Assembly (NCBI RefSeq): GCF_006345805.1
Contig: NC_042998.1
Location: forward strand, 51,398,001 to 51,462,000
Source of the DNA: Octopus sinensis
Lineage: Eukaryota
Reading direction: 5' to 3'
DNA length: 64,000 nt
The notes under the pieces are model-generated. The model saw nothing but the letters and a program-made list of their open reading frames with translations, was not told where the DNA came from and did not search any database. How positions within the stretch are numbered: position 1 is the first letter of the stretch; each line of letters opens with the position of its first letter. Below, piece after piece: positions 48,103 through 62,088 of the stretch. A program made the translations under genes and the position numbers.

Positions 48103-51100
48103 GTAAGGTAAATCTTATCTTGCTTAGTAGCAAATAATTGTTGATGACAGAAGAGCATTCAGTTAGGGAAAATATTCCTTAATGAATTTCATCTGATCCA
48201 TGCAAGCATGGAAATGTGGATGTTAAAATGATGATGAAGATGGCATTTTTTTAATAATACTTTTCTGGTACAGTTGAATAGACTTACATTATCTTTATTT
48301 TTATTAGAGTAGATCACACTACATTAAACATGGCCTGATAACTATAACATCATATATTACAACAGAGGAAGCTTAAAGGAACAAACCAGTTATCTTTATC
48401 ACTATAGTCTGTTGTGAAGAAATTAAATGAAATTGAATAATGTTATCTTTATTGCTATATCAGAGGATGTGTTTCAGTAGAATGGACGTACAGTTTTTTT
48501 TTTATCATCTATATACTACAGAGAACTGAAACAAACTACAGCTGACATGTTTTTATTAGCACAAATTACTACTACTACTACTACGACGACGACAACGACT
48601 ACTACTAGTTGTTAGGTGTATGTATGACAGGTTAGAGCCTAAATAAAATATATGTTGACAAGGTTATTGATAACAGATAACGAAAGAAATATACAAACAT
48701 TCTCGCCCTATTATTGATATCGCATTGATTAAAATAAATTACAGTTTAAACCATCATATAATTTCCTTCTTTCACTTTTGTGTATGTTCACCTTGTTGCT
48801 ATGAAACAAAAAAAAAAATATCTGTTTCTGACATTTTGTTTGTATTCATGAATTATACACAGAAGGTATTTTTATGTATATCAAGTACATTGGTAGGGAC
48901 AGTTAAAAAAAGGTATATGTATAGATATAGTATAGATAAAATAGTATTATGTCAGTGAATGTTTATCTTTCAATAATGTTTCTGAAGTTTTTATTAACAA
49001 TTCTATTGTTTAAACTAATATTTCATGCATATTACCCAAAATAACAGCTTTCCTTTACTGAGGTCTGTTCATCCGACTGTACAAAAATAGCCTTGTGTCC
49101 TGTGAAATGTAATTTTTATTGTGTGTGGGTATTAAATTAAATAATAAGGAATTGATAATAAAAAAAAAACAGTATTGTTAGCATGTTTACATTTAAACAA
49201 TTCAAAGATATTTTGTAGTTTGTGTTTTAATATCTGTTTAGCTTCAACAACCAAACAAAAAAAAAAAACCTGAATCTGAAGGTTGCAATAAATTACCAGG
49301 AGATACCAATGTTAGAAACACAAATGAATTTAATTACAAATAAATCATCTAAGCAGGTAGAATGTTATTTATTTGAAGGTGTGTGTGTATGTTATCATAA
49401 TGCTATGCATGATGTCTCTTAGTTGTAACTGTCTAGTCATTAAATGTCATTTGCATAATATTTTTATATAAATCCTTAAACTGGCCAACATTAAAATAAA
49501 CTAAGAAAGATAAAGAAGAATGAGAAGCATCAGTGGATTGTTTATGAGAAAGGAATGAACTAATGACCACAGAACATTGTATTGAAGTTAGGTGATCAGA
49601 ACTTGTTGAATTTCTATAAAATGTGGTAACTGGAAAAAATATTACCTAAGAAAATCTAGAAAATTAGTTCATAGAAATTAATATAAAAAGTGAGCAAAGG
49701 ACATTGATAAGTGAGAGAGCACCTATTTTATCCAGATCTGACCAATCAATGTGAAACTAGTAATTTAGTCAATAAATCTTGGAAATGGGCCAGTTTTAGA
49801 ACATCAGACTATTTGTTTTATCTTAACTAGTTAGGTGACTCTCTGTCCTGAGATCAAATCTTTCTGAGACCAACTTTGTCTTTCATTCTTCCAAAGCTGG
49901 TTGACCAGAAATAAGTACCAATTGACTATCAAGTCAACGAGATAGCTTCTATATGGTCGTTCATCCTGCAAGAAATAGTAGGAAAATCTTCCTCAAATTA
50001 CATTCTAATACCTTTAAAAAGGGGGCAATGGGTTGGAGAACACATTGTGTGCAAAAAAAATTTTTTAAAGGGTCGGTTGATGATGATGATTGTAATGTCT
50101 TTGATGGTTGATCTGTGCTATTAGTTCTTACCTGAGGTTAAACTATTTCTATCCTCCTCTCACTATAAAAATTGTCCTTGTGTCTCATTATTATCATCAT
50201 TATTGTATGTCCACTTTTCATGCTTGCATAAGTAGTTCTTATACTGTGTTACTGCCTGTCTATTAAAGGATTAAAGGACCATGTCTTGCTTGTATGTTTA
50301 ATTTTGGCTGGATTTCTACAGCTGGATGCCCTTCCCCACATCAACTGCTTACAGAATGTTCTGGATGCATTTTATCATAGCACAAGCACTAGAGAGTTTG
50401 TCATGTTCTCAAAATGTCCTCATAACCCTACATTCTCTCCTCTTGTACCACAACTACTTTATGGTGTTTATTGTGTGCATTTTATCATACTGCCAGTACT
50501 AGTGAGGTTGCTTTGTATTCAGCAAGGCAAAAGAGTCCTCACTGCTCAATGTTGTCAGCATTTTGTTTCGGATAATGTAATCAATAGAGTGAGTAGGATA
50601 GGAGTTCTTTGTAGGAGGATGAACTAAGGTGAGGTGGGGAAAGGGATTTGAGTATGAAGGGAGAAACAAGATGCTTGAGGATGATGATATGGAAGGAAAA
50701 GCAGAAGACAAACCTAGGCTAAGATACATAAAGAGGCTTAAGTGTAAAGGTTGAGGAAAGAGTAATTGCAGTGAGGAAAAAAATGAGAGAGAGACAGTGA
50801 TGGCAGAAGATAATAAGAGAGAGAGAGACAGACAGACAGTGATGGATAGTTATGAAAATAGTTGGAAGTAAGAGTGTGATGGATGCTAATAATGAGTGAT
50901 CTGGAAGACAGATGAGAAAAGGTGAAAGTGATAGGTTCTTAAGATAGTGATTGTAAAAGAATCCAATACTCTCTCTCTCAGTGAGGAAGTGTATTGGATT
51001 CCAAGAGATCTGATGCAATCCCTCATTACTCATAGTGTGAGAGGGTACAGATGGTAGTAGTTGGGATTGCATACAGACAAATGTAAAGTTTTTCTCATGT

Positions 51101-51299
51101 ACTTGGGCAACATAGTGCAGTCAGTAGGAGAGAGGGTGATACATGAGAAGCTATCAAACATTCAAAAGAGACAGCAGATGGAGACTTAGTAGGTACAAAA
51201 TAGTATTTTATATACATATATATATATCTGTGTGCATGTGTGTGTGTGTAATGGATTCTCTCATTATGAATAACAAATGACAGTTCAGTAAAATAAAGC

Positions 51300-51830
51300 A
51301 GTAGTCATGTTCTATGGACAAGAATGTGTTTCTTGAGGCCTGCTGGTGCCTTGCAAACCTTTAGGCAGATAGAACAAGTTGAGGACTCAGTTCGCTCGAG
51401 TGCTTGTGGATCATTTACTATGTTTTCTTGGGTGGATGGCAAAGCCTGTTTTGTTTCATGCCACAAAACCACAATGACAGGTAAAGTTTCCATTGAGAGG
51501 AGCAGCGTTTTGCCAGTGTGTCTACATGCTTGCATGAAGTTGGTCCTGAGGTTGGACTTGACTTTGCTCAAGTCTTTGAACTGAGGAGAAGCAGGGCTGG
51601 TGCCAGGTCCTGTGTTTTGATGCTTTGTTTTTCCAGGAAGAAAATGGAATGTTGCATTGCTTCAGATTGTCTTTTAGTTTGTTTTTGAAGCACAAGTGTG
51701 GCTTTCCAACTGATCTCCCTGTTGGGGATTGGCCAAAGAGAAGTTGCTTTGGAACTCTGATATCACTCATACATGAGAGATGACCTGAATGTCCAAGCTG
51801 TATTTTGATGAGGATTGCTTCAGTACCTGA
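51300..51830 (-). mobile_element. RTE LINE C-terminal fragment
   Basis: QLGHSGHLSCMSDIRVPKQLLFG...FKNKLKDNLKQCNI..SW, plus terminal CSICLKVC...GLKKH zinc-finger-like motif. Confidence 0.85.
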
Positions 51831-52682
51831 TATGTTACACACACACACACACACACACTCTCTCTCTCTCTCTCTCTCTCTCACACATACACACACACAC
51901 CTTTGTCTCTACCTAAATTATATCAAATATTTCACCAGACTTGCTTGTTAAAATGTATCTAATCAAACAAATCATGTAGGTTCTTTGTTCTAAAACCTAG
52001 TATAATCCCAACAGTGGGATACAGACTCATAAAAAGCACAAAAACCTAGAATGCACAACCATATCTTCTCAGCAATTGATAACTATAAATTCTTTAAACA
52101 TCAAACACAGAGGAATAAGAAAAGAATTAATGTATTTACATTCCTTACAGAAAATGTTATGAATTGTGTATATGGGAGGAAGAATTCTAATGAATTTACT
52201 TCTTGTGTCAGTTTTCTGATGTGTGTGATACCATTACTTGTTACTGAATGTGATTATCATACATAACACAGATGACAATTTCTCTTAATCTAACATGATG
52301 GCTTACTTGAATATTATCATCATCTTGAAGGAAATGAAGAGATCCACTTAAGTCTAAGCAACTCATATATGCAACTGATTTGAAAGGTAGTTATGTAAGT
52401 AAAAGCACAACATATACAATGATTAGACCATTAAACAGTTATGGTGCACACACATACATAGACATATATATTTATACATGATGGCTGTCCACTTGTGATC
52501 AAGGAAGACCATTGCTGGCCTTCAGGAACATTGTGCACTCTAGGACTAACTTATATTTTGCATTTGTAGCTCCGTTGGTGGCTAATGAGCCTTGCTCTTG
52601 ACAAGCATACGCGACTGCAAACATTGCAAACCAAGCTTTCCCCATTCACTATACCAGCAATACATTCATGTGTATGTATGTA

Positions 52683-52721
<39 letters not shown>

Positions 52722-52722
<1 letters not shown>

Positions 52723-52890
52723 TACACTCACGGAGTGGTTGGCATTAGGAAGGGCATCCAGCTGTAGAAACATTGCCAGATTAGACTGGAGCCTGGTGCA
52801 GCCTTCTGGCTTCCCAGAACCCCGGTTGAACCGTCCAACCCATGCTAGCATGGAGAACGGACGTTAAACGATGATGATGATGATGATGAT
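52722..52890 (+). mobile_element. Young RTE-tail element next to (TA)n
   Basis: Same core as 18579-18769; (GAT)n tail. Confidence 0.9.
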
Positions 52891-53045
52891 ACCGGAGTAA
52901 ACACATAAATGTGAAACAAGGTGGAAAAAAGAGTACTCAAATACCAGTGGTAGAGTAATATGCTTTATTTAAAGCAGCAGAAAATTCAACAAAACCTGTT
53001 ACTCTGAGTTTCACGTTGCCGTTCGTTGGACAGTTTTTGCTAGAA
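52891..53045 (-). mobile_element. Short PLE pLTR-like element
   Basis: Hammerhead motif followed on the - strand by AATAAA and a short tail; abuts (TA)n. Confidence 0.55.
52991..53038 (-). ncRNA. Minimal type I hammerhead ribozyme with mutated core
   Basis: AAAAACTGT CCAACGA ACG GCAA CGT GAAA CTC A GAG TA ACAG G TTTT. All three stems pair and the cleavage triplet is GUA; the core differs from CUGANGA at positions 4 and 5. Confidence 0.7.
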
Positions 53046-54277
53046 TATATATATATATATATATATGATAGAAAAAGTTTCAAGAATGCCTACATTGCTT
53101 ACAGAAATCAAACATATCTTTTTAAAATATATGCTAATATATGCCTACATGGTTGTGTGGTTAAGAAGTTTGCTTCCCAGCACTTGGTTTTAGGTTCAAT
53201 ATCATTGTGTGGTCACCTTGGGCAAATGGATTCGGTAGATGAAAACTGAAAGAAGCTTGCCATATGTCTGTGTAGATGTCATATGAACAGCAACATCCTT
53301 AACACACACACATACACTAAAAAGATTAAAATCAGAGTGAGAAATTCCTCGGGGGCTCCATTTGAATGAAAAACAATTAAGCTAGTGTTAACATATTTAT
53401 AGCAGTAAACATTGAAAAGCTAATTAACTATTCACATTATTCACTTTTTAAGAAGCAGCAACTAACTAAAACCAAAATGTTTGGAATGGCTGTAATATCA
53501 GATTTCATCTCATTGACCTGAACCACTCCTAGATCAAACATGGTTCAATTCAACCAGGTAGCAAAAAAGATGAATTCTAACATAGGCCATGAAGTAACCA
53601 ACTTATCAAAAATTAGCACAAGCATGACTGTGTGGTGTGGTATGAAGTTTGCTTCCCAACCACAGGGGTTCGGTCCCATTGCATGACATCTTACCGTAAC
53701 CCCAAGCCAACCAAAGCCCTGTGAGTGGATTTGGTAGAGGGAAACTGAAACAAGCTCATTGTGTGTGTATATTACTATCTCCTAGCCTTGACATCATATG
53801 ATAGTTGTAAGCAAGTGTCACTGTCATGCAAGCTGTGTCATTGTTTTTTCAATCTTACTTGGAAAACAGATCAGGGTTTGTGACAGGAAGGGCATCCATC
53901 TGTTGAACAAACTGCCTCAACAAATTCTGCCTGACCCACGCAAGCATGGAGAAGTGGATTTTGACACAATGATGATGATGATGATAAGAAGGTTCTTGAG
54001 AGTGAGTCAGAATAATAAGTGAAGAGAACTGAATTGTATTTCAAGAAAGAGTGAAGAAATGGTGTGGGGGAGAATGAAAGATTTTTAATTATCTTCCTAT
54101 TCATTAGCTTTAATTCACATAAACCTTTTCATTGGCATCTATGGAGATAACTCCCAGATATTTTAGTTAAAGGCTCCTGTATTGTAATTTACAGGGCTAA
54201 TGAGGGAACCTTTATATAGTCATTTGTCTTGCTGGAATTGTTGCCAAATCTCTTCAAAACATGCCCTGCTGTCTTAA

Positions 54278-54485
54278 CCCTTCAGCATTTAAGCCAACCA
54301 TATTTGGCCCAAATATTCTACCCATTTTACGTTCAAACTGTCAGATCTGGCCTCCTCTCACACCTACCCTACAATGTCATTCTAAAAATAAACAGTCTTT
54401 AAGCTAGGGGATAATGCAGGATTAATTCAAACCAACGTAAATAAATAAGCATTAGATTTAGCTGAGTGATCTGAATACTAAAGGG
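54278..54485. mobile_element. piggyBac-like MITE (type 1)
   Basis: TTAA|CCCTTCAGCATT ... AATACTAAAGGG. Confidence 0.75.
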
Positions 54486-56107
54486 TTATAAAAAGAATGA
54501 ACACATTAGATAATGTTGTTCTACATAAAGAATATTTGAAAGAAATGCAAAAGCTTTTGGTTGGAATGCTTTTGATCTTAGTTTTACTCACCTAGAACTA
54601 AACAATTAAATTACACATTTGATAGTATAGAGTAACAGAACATCAATTGGAGAGCCTACAAAGGATAATGGGTATTGTTCCTGCCTCCTTCTCTGACTAT
54701 CATACATAAAAAGACTCAGCAAACCTTTCTGAAGGTCAGTTGAATTGAAAAGGTTTTGCTTTTGTTGCAGACAAGAGCAAATAAAAAATGAAACCATGAT
54801 TATTATACATGACTGTAGAAGGAGCTTCATTTTTAATGTTCACTTTTCTTTGCTTGCATGAGTCAGATGGAATTCATTGCGGCAGATTTTTCTATGGCTG
54901 GATGCCCTTCCTGTTGTCAACACATATACATTTCCAAGCAAGGTTTTATATCTCCATGTCCAGACGTTTTTTGTTTTTTATAGAAAACTAGAAATAGACA
55001 ACATTGCTTATATGACATTAATGCTCATTTACAGTCAAGACAAGAGTACACACACACACACAGATAGAATAGATAGATAGATATGTGATGCGCTTCTTTT
55101 GGTTTCCAATTACCAAATACACTCAAGGCTTTGGTTGGCCCCAGCATATAATAGAAGATAAAGCTATTTGCCCAAGATGCTATACAGTGGGACTGAACCT
55201 CATTTCCCATTTTGTGAGCATGTGGAATTGATTAAATCAACTCCAGCATGATTTGTACTTTATTCGTACAACCCTGGAAGGATGACAGGAAAAGTTGACC
55301 TCTCCAGGATTTGAACTCAAAATGTAAAAGGCTCATAAATAAATGCTGCTCAACCAATTGGCCACTTCTCAACCATTTCTATGAATCCACTGCCTGTGTA
55401 CCTAAAACATCCATTTGTTTTTAATTTGCCTCAGACTTTACAACTAAGTTGATGAAATGATTTTCCTTTCAGAGTTAATTATCTCCCTTCCCTTTCACAC
55501 ACCTCAGTTTGTTTCTCTCTTTATGTATCTCTCTCATTTTTCTTTTATGTACTCTGTCTTTATCTCGCTCTTCCTCCTGTTTCTCTTTCCTTTGGTAACC
55601 TTGTAATTTATCAAGCAACATTAAAATTTTTTTGAGAAAGAAAAAAATAAATCACAATTAAAAAAATGATGTATGACCATATAAAATTGTCTTATTAAAC
55701 AGGCACACAGATTTATCATTATGACAGCTGATACATTTTTTTACCAATTTTGAAGTAAATTTTTTTAAGATTACTTTGTATTTCTTCTTCATACATTTTT
55801 TTTAACAATGCAAGATTTATATACATCTAATCATACAATTGATTTGAGCTAACCTGAAATATCCAGCAGCAAATCACTTTAGTACATAAATATTTTTTTA
55901 TCAACTCTTTTGTATATATATTTTTTATATTTGGTTTTCTTTAAGACATAGCCAATTTAATCAGCCCCATCCAATGCTTATAAGCCTGGTCCTTATTTTA
56001 TCAACCCTACAAAGATTTTTTAAAGAATGATTTTAGCAAGATTTGAACTCGGAAAGTTATGAACTAGAATCAACATTTCTTGGCATATTGCCAACCCACT
56101 GCCTTAT

Positions 56108-56487
56108 TACTCTTTTACTCGTTTCAGTCATTTGACTGCGGCCATGCTGGAGTACCGCCTTTAGTCGAGCAAATTGACCCCAGGACTTATTCTTTGTAAG
56201 CCTAGTACTTATTCTATCAGTCTCTTTTTCCAAATCGCTAAGTTACGGGTACGTAAACACACCAGCATCGGTTGTCAAGCGATGTTAGGAGGACAAACAC
56301 ACACACACAAATATACATATATATGACTGTCTTCTTTCAGTTTCCGTCTACCAAATCCACTCACAAGGCTTTGGTCGGCCCGAGGCTATAGTAGAAGACA
56401 CTTGCCCAAGGTGCCACGCTGTGGGACTGAACCTGGAACTATGTGGTTGGTAAGCAAGCTACTTACCACAGAGCCACTCCTGTGCCT
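56108..56487 (-). mobile_element. Near-full-length family B tRNA-derived SINE
   Basis: Head AGGCACAGGAGTGGCTCTGTGGTAAG...GGTTCAGTCCC (A/B-box-like), CCTTGGGCAAGTGTC body; CpGs partly retained. Confidence 0.9.
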
Positions 56488-57399
56488 ATTCTGTATATTC
56501 ATTTAATGATGATATTTATCTTGTCTGATGAAAGTACTTGCAGTTGTTTTTTTGAGTCAATTTTTCTTTAGAAAAAAATGAGATGGTGTTCCACTTAATG
56601 CATTTAGATTGCAAGTGGCCACCTCTTTGTATGGATAAGTGAACAGCTGTTATCACCTGAACTAGCTCTTCTGAACTAACTAACTAGCTAGTTAGTTACC
56701 TTTTTTTTTCTTTTCCTTCCATCACTCCTCTACATGATTTCACTTTTCAGTTGAACGTTTTCCTCTCCAGGACAGCAAATATCTAGCTTGCAACTCTTGT
56801 TTTTTCCTGTGAACGTTGGAAACTTGAAAATATTCTAGAACATCAACTACTACAACCATTTCTACTCAACAAATTTTGAACTTAGTTCATAGTCCCCTGG
56901 GTTGAATAGACAGTAGACCTCATGTTGAGGACCATTGAGTTTTAAGAAAGGGCCTAATACAATGACTTTTGTATGTATTCCATGAATAGTTGGTGTTTAG
57001 AAATTTCTAAGAGTTGACATTATAAGAATTAAACACTGTTTTTAGTGTAGAGCTTGGCTGTTACTTTATTTTATTGACCCTGAAAGGATGAAAGGTAAAG
57101 TCGACCCCAGTAGAATTTGAAACCAGAATGTAGAAAACTGGAAAAAAATGTTACTAAGCATCTTATCTACTATTCTGATGCTCCTATAATAATAAATTTT
57201 AATTTTTCTAAATAACTTTATTTTGGCATGCAATAAGAAATGTGAAAGCTTATTGTATGGTATGTGATCAACTATTGAGTATTTTCTAGGAAAATGTAGC
57301 TTTTATTTATCTATTGTTGTTATCAAGTTGAATTCTAGTTGTATTTGTATACATGTAGCTGAGTCATTTCAATAGCATGTATCTGAGTCATTTCACTCC

Positions 57400-57710
57400 C
57401 ACTGTGTGGCAACTTGGGCAAGTAATGTCTTCTACTATAGCCTTGGGCCAACCAGAGCCTTATGAGTGGATTTGGTAGACAGAAACTGAAAGAAGCCCAT
57501 TGTGTGTGTGTGTGTCACTGCCACTTGACAACTGGTGTTGGTGTGTTTACCTCCTCTGTAACTTAGCAGGTCAGCAAAAGAGACCAACAGAATAAGTACC
57601 AGGCTTTAAAAAAATACAGGTATTACTGTCAGTTTACTCAACTAAAATGCTTCAAAGCACTGCCCCAGTTTAGCCACAGTCTAATAACAGAAACAAATAA
57701 AGGATAAAAG
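57400..57710 (+). mobile_element. Family B SINE (degenerate)
   Basis: TTGGGCAAG...GAGTGGATTTGGTAGACAGAAACTGAAAGAAGCCC. Confidence 0.75.
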
Positions 57711-59914
57711 AATATTTTCTACCCATCTTAGTTTTGGGATTTTTTTTATGCATTCTGATGTTCTCATCTTAGTTCTTCTCTCGATATCACTGAATCAGTC
57801 CTTCCTTAGTTGGCATTCTGTTATCTTCTATTTTTTTGCAAACATGATTGTATTTATAAGTGGCCAACCATTCTACTGCAATTAAAATTTTTTTTTTTCA
57901 TCTGGCTGCTTCTGTAAGACTTTTTCTCTCTTCCCAACCAATACCCAAAGTAGTTCTGAGACCGATTAATTTGGTTCAGTAGTCTTTCTACATAATGCCA
58001 AGAATTCTGAGAAAATATTTACCGCCCTTTGTTATAAGAAATTAACCCATCTGGAGTTTTTCACTATCTCATATTCATTCATATACAAGGCAGAATCGTT
58101 AGCAAGCCGGGCAAAATGGTAAGCAGCATTTCGTCCATCCTTATCATTCCGAGTTCAAATTCTGCCAATGTTGACTTTGCCTTTTATCCTTCCAGGGTTC
58201 AATAAATTAAATACCAGCTGAGCCCTGGGGTTGGTGTAATCAACTTATCCACCCCACCCCAGAATTGCTGGCCCAGTGCCAAAATTTGAAATCATATTTA
58301 TTCATATATACCGACTTTTCTTTTTAACCATAGTTGGGAAACTGAGTGGACAAGACCTACAAGTTCCAAAACCTTTGTACAATCATTGGACACTCTGTTT
58401 ACTAATAAAAGTATAACCCTACATTTCAATGTATTGGGTCTGTTTTTATGTGAATAGCCTTCTTAATCCTCTTTGTATATAATCCCTCATTTTCATCGTC
58501 ATCTTTGTTGTTCACTTTTCTATGCTTGCATGGGCCAAACAGAACTTTGGGCAGATTTCAATGACTTGATGCCCTTCCTGTCACCAACCCTCACTTGTTT
58601 CAAAGTAAGGTAATATTCCCTTATAACCAGATATGCTTTCACTGAAGATTGAGAATGGAGGACACCGCTTATATGACAGTGACACTCTTTTACAACTTTT
58701 AGTGACACACACACATGTACATACATGCATACATAAAAGTATGCTTCATCGCAGAAGACAAATCACAAGAGTGTTGCACAGTGGGATTGAACCTGGATTC
58801 TTACCACATAGCCATATTTGTGTTTATATGTAAAACTGTTTGTGTGTGTGTGTGTGTTACGCACTCCGTTACAAAGTGAGATTATGAACCAATTCTTTTA
58901 TCATCATTATTATTATTATTATCTCCATATCTCAACTCTAATCATACATTCAAAGAAGTAATATTTGCAACTTCCTTTCCCAATGATTGTGTTCTACATT
59001 TTAAATTTTCTATAACTACTTTCTTACCTTTCTGAAAGCTAATCTACCTTTAATGAATATTGTTTGTTTATTCATTCATCTATTTATTTATTTATTTAAT
59101 TTTCTAATTTCTCGAAATATTTCTAATGTTTCTGCTGCTGCTAAATCTGTAGATTGTTTTAATGTCAAGTTTCAGTTCTGAGATTATCAATTGAATTTCT
59201 TTCTTCTTCTTTTTTTTTGTTTCATTGTTTCACTATTTTGTTTTGATATTTTTGGCAGGGTTTCTTTTTTTTTTTATCCTCAATTTGTAAGGAAGTTAAT
59301 TTATATCATTTCATTCTTTATCTCGTTTGTTTTACATTGCATATTCTTGTTTGTTAATATTTTAAAGTGTCATATTATTAAGATTTCTTGTAAGTCTTAA
59401 CCCTTCTCATACACTGACATATACCATTGTTATTATTATCTAGAGCAGATAAGTTTTGTTGAAGCTCCTCTGATAAGATTCTGCTTTCATTATGATATTT
59501 ACTGACAGTTTATTTTTGGTAACAGCTTATTGGCTTTTTTTAGCTATCAACTGGATATTACACCAATATTTTCTCTGCTTATATAACTAAGAACAAAACA
59601 CATTTTGGAATATCTACATATATTAAGTTTTCAAGTTTAACAAATATCTGAAAAGAGTCTTTTTTTTATTATTTTTTTCTTACAGAGCCAATAATTATTT
59701 TTTGAAACTTTCTTTACACTGTGGTCATTGGTAACTTGTCAAAGTCTGTCTTTATGTTAAGAGAAATAATTAGGCATCATTTTACCTGTCGCAACTACAA
59801 ATTACGTTATTATAACCTCTAATTCAAAAGCCAAACCATTGTAATCTATTCTTTAACCTCTCAGTTCAACGCTGGTTCATGTCAGTATTGCTGTCAAGGA
59901 TTTGATGACTGATG

Positions 59915-60599
59915 TCATTACTATTAAGACAGCAAGCAGACAAAATTGTTAGCACATCAGACAAAATGCTTAGCAACATTTGTTTTAGCTCTTTACATTC
60001 TGAGTTCAAATTCCACCAGGGTCAACTTTATCTTTTGTCCTTGAGGATTGATAAGTGCCAATCAAATACTGGGGTCAGTGTAATCAACTTGCCCCACCCC
60101 CTCAAAATTACTAGCCTTGTGCTAAAATTTGAAAAATTATTATTATTATTATTATTATTAGGGCAGTGAGCTGGCAGAATTGTTAGCACGCCAGGTGAAA
60201 TGTTTAGCAGCATTTCATTTGTCTTCGTGTTCTGAGTTCAAGTTCTGCCAAGGTCAACTTTACCTTTCATCCTGCTCCTCAGGCCTTGTGCCTATAGTAC
60301 AAAGAATTATTCTTCTTCATTGTTTAACATCCACCTTCCATGCTGGCATGGGATGAACAGTTTGATAAGAGCTGGCCAGGCAGAAGACTGTGCCAATCTT
60401 CTATGTCTATTTTGGCATGGTTTTTACAGCTGGATGCCCTTCCTAACACCAACCACCCCATAGAATGGGCTGAGTGCTTTTTACATGGCGCCAGTATAGG
60501 TGAGGTCAGTTTTGGCATGGTTTTTACAGCTCGATACCTTTCCAAATGCCAACCACTTTACAGTGTGGACTGGATGCTTTTTACGTGACACCAGCATTA

Positions 60600-60644
<45 letters not shown>

Positions 60645-62057
60645 GTGCGGTGAGCTGTCAGAATCATTAGTGTACCAGGCAAAATGCTTAGTGGCATTTC
60701 ATCCATCTTCACGTTCTGCTTAGGATGACTTTGTCTTTCATTCTTTCAGGGTTGATGAAATAAATATCAGTAATCGACTAACCCCCTCCCCCAAAATTTC
60801 AGGCCTTGTACCTATAGTAGAAAGGATTATTATAATTATTTACTAAGGGTAGTGAATTAACAGAATCTTGCTGTTTTTGTTCCAACTGTTTATATTCTGA
60901 GTTCAAGTCCAGACAAGGTCATCTTTGCCTTTCCTCTTTTTGAAAATCAATAGAATAAAGTGCCTGTCAAGATCTGAGATCAATGATTTTGACTAACACT
61001 CTCCCTTTAAAATTGCTGTGCTTGTGCATAATTTAGAAATTATAATTATCATTATTAAGGTAGCGAGCTGGCAGAAACATTAGCATGCCAGGCAAAATGT
61101 TTAGCGATATTTCATCTATCTTCACATTCTGAGTTCAAATTCCACCGAGGTCGACTTTGCCTTTCATCCTTTCAGAGTTGATAAATTAAGTACCAGTTGC
61201 ATACTGGGGATCAATCTAATCAACTAGCCCAAAAATTTCAGGCCTTATGCCTAGAGTAGAAAAGATTATTATTATAATAATAATAATAATAATTATTATT
61301 ATTATTGAGTGAGAGAGCAGTTCATGCCATCAAAGTGACACTGGGGTAAAATATACGAAGCCCAATATACCCATCATGACTACCCGTCTGATAAGGGTAC
61401 ACCAGGCACATGCATCACAACCATATGTGCGCGACATGGTGATCTCATATCAAGATAAACAGCACATGACCTTGCAGGTGGGGCCCAGTATCATTATTAT
61501 TATTATTAAGGGTGGTGGGTAGCAAAATCATAGAGCACTGGGAAAATATGCTCTGCAGAATTTGTTTCAGCTCTTTACTTTCTGAGTTTGAATCCCTCTG
61601 AGGTCAACTTTGTCTTTCATCCTTTCAAGATTAGTGGTGAACCAGGAAAATTTGTTGTTAAAACATAGGAAAAACTATTTAAAAGTAATTTATTCCAACC
61701 CTTTTCTTTATTTATTTCTTTCTAAGTCCATATCACACCTAGATCAACTGTGCCTTATTCTTTATGGGTTAAAAGAATAAAGTACCAGTCAAGCACTGGG
61801 ACCAGTGGCATTGATTAAACCCAAAATGGTGAACTGGTGGAATCATCTGAGTGTCGGAAAATAATGCCATGCAGTATCTCTTGCAGCTCTTTACATTCTA
61901 GTTTCTAATCCTGCTAAGGTCAACTTTACCTTTTGTTCCTCCTGGGTCTAAAAATAAAGCACCACTCAAGTACTGACGTGGGGTGGGGGGTGATGCTATT
62001 GACTGACCTCTCCCCTCAAATTTGGTGGCCTTTTCTTTTTCTTTCAAAATTTAAAAG

Positions 62058-62088
<31 letters not shown>

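Noticed and set aside
50560-51100. 117-aa ORF in a purine/pyrimidine-skewed block
   Set aside because: Low-complexity, probably a decayed repeat; no motif I can name with confidence.
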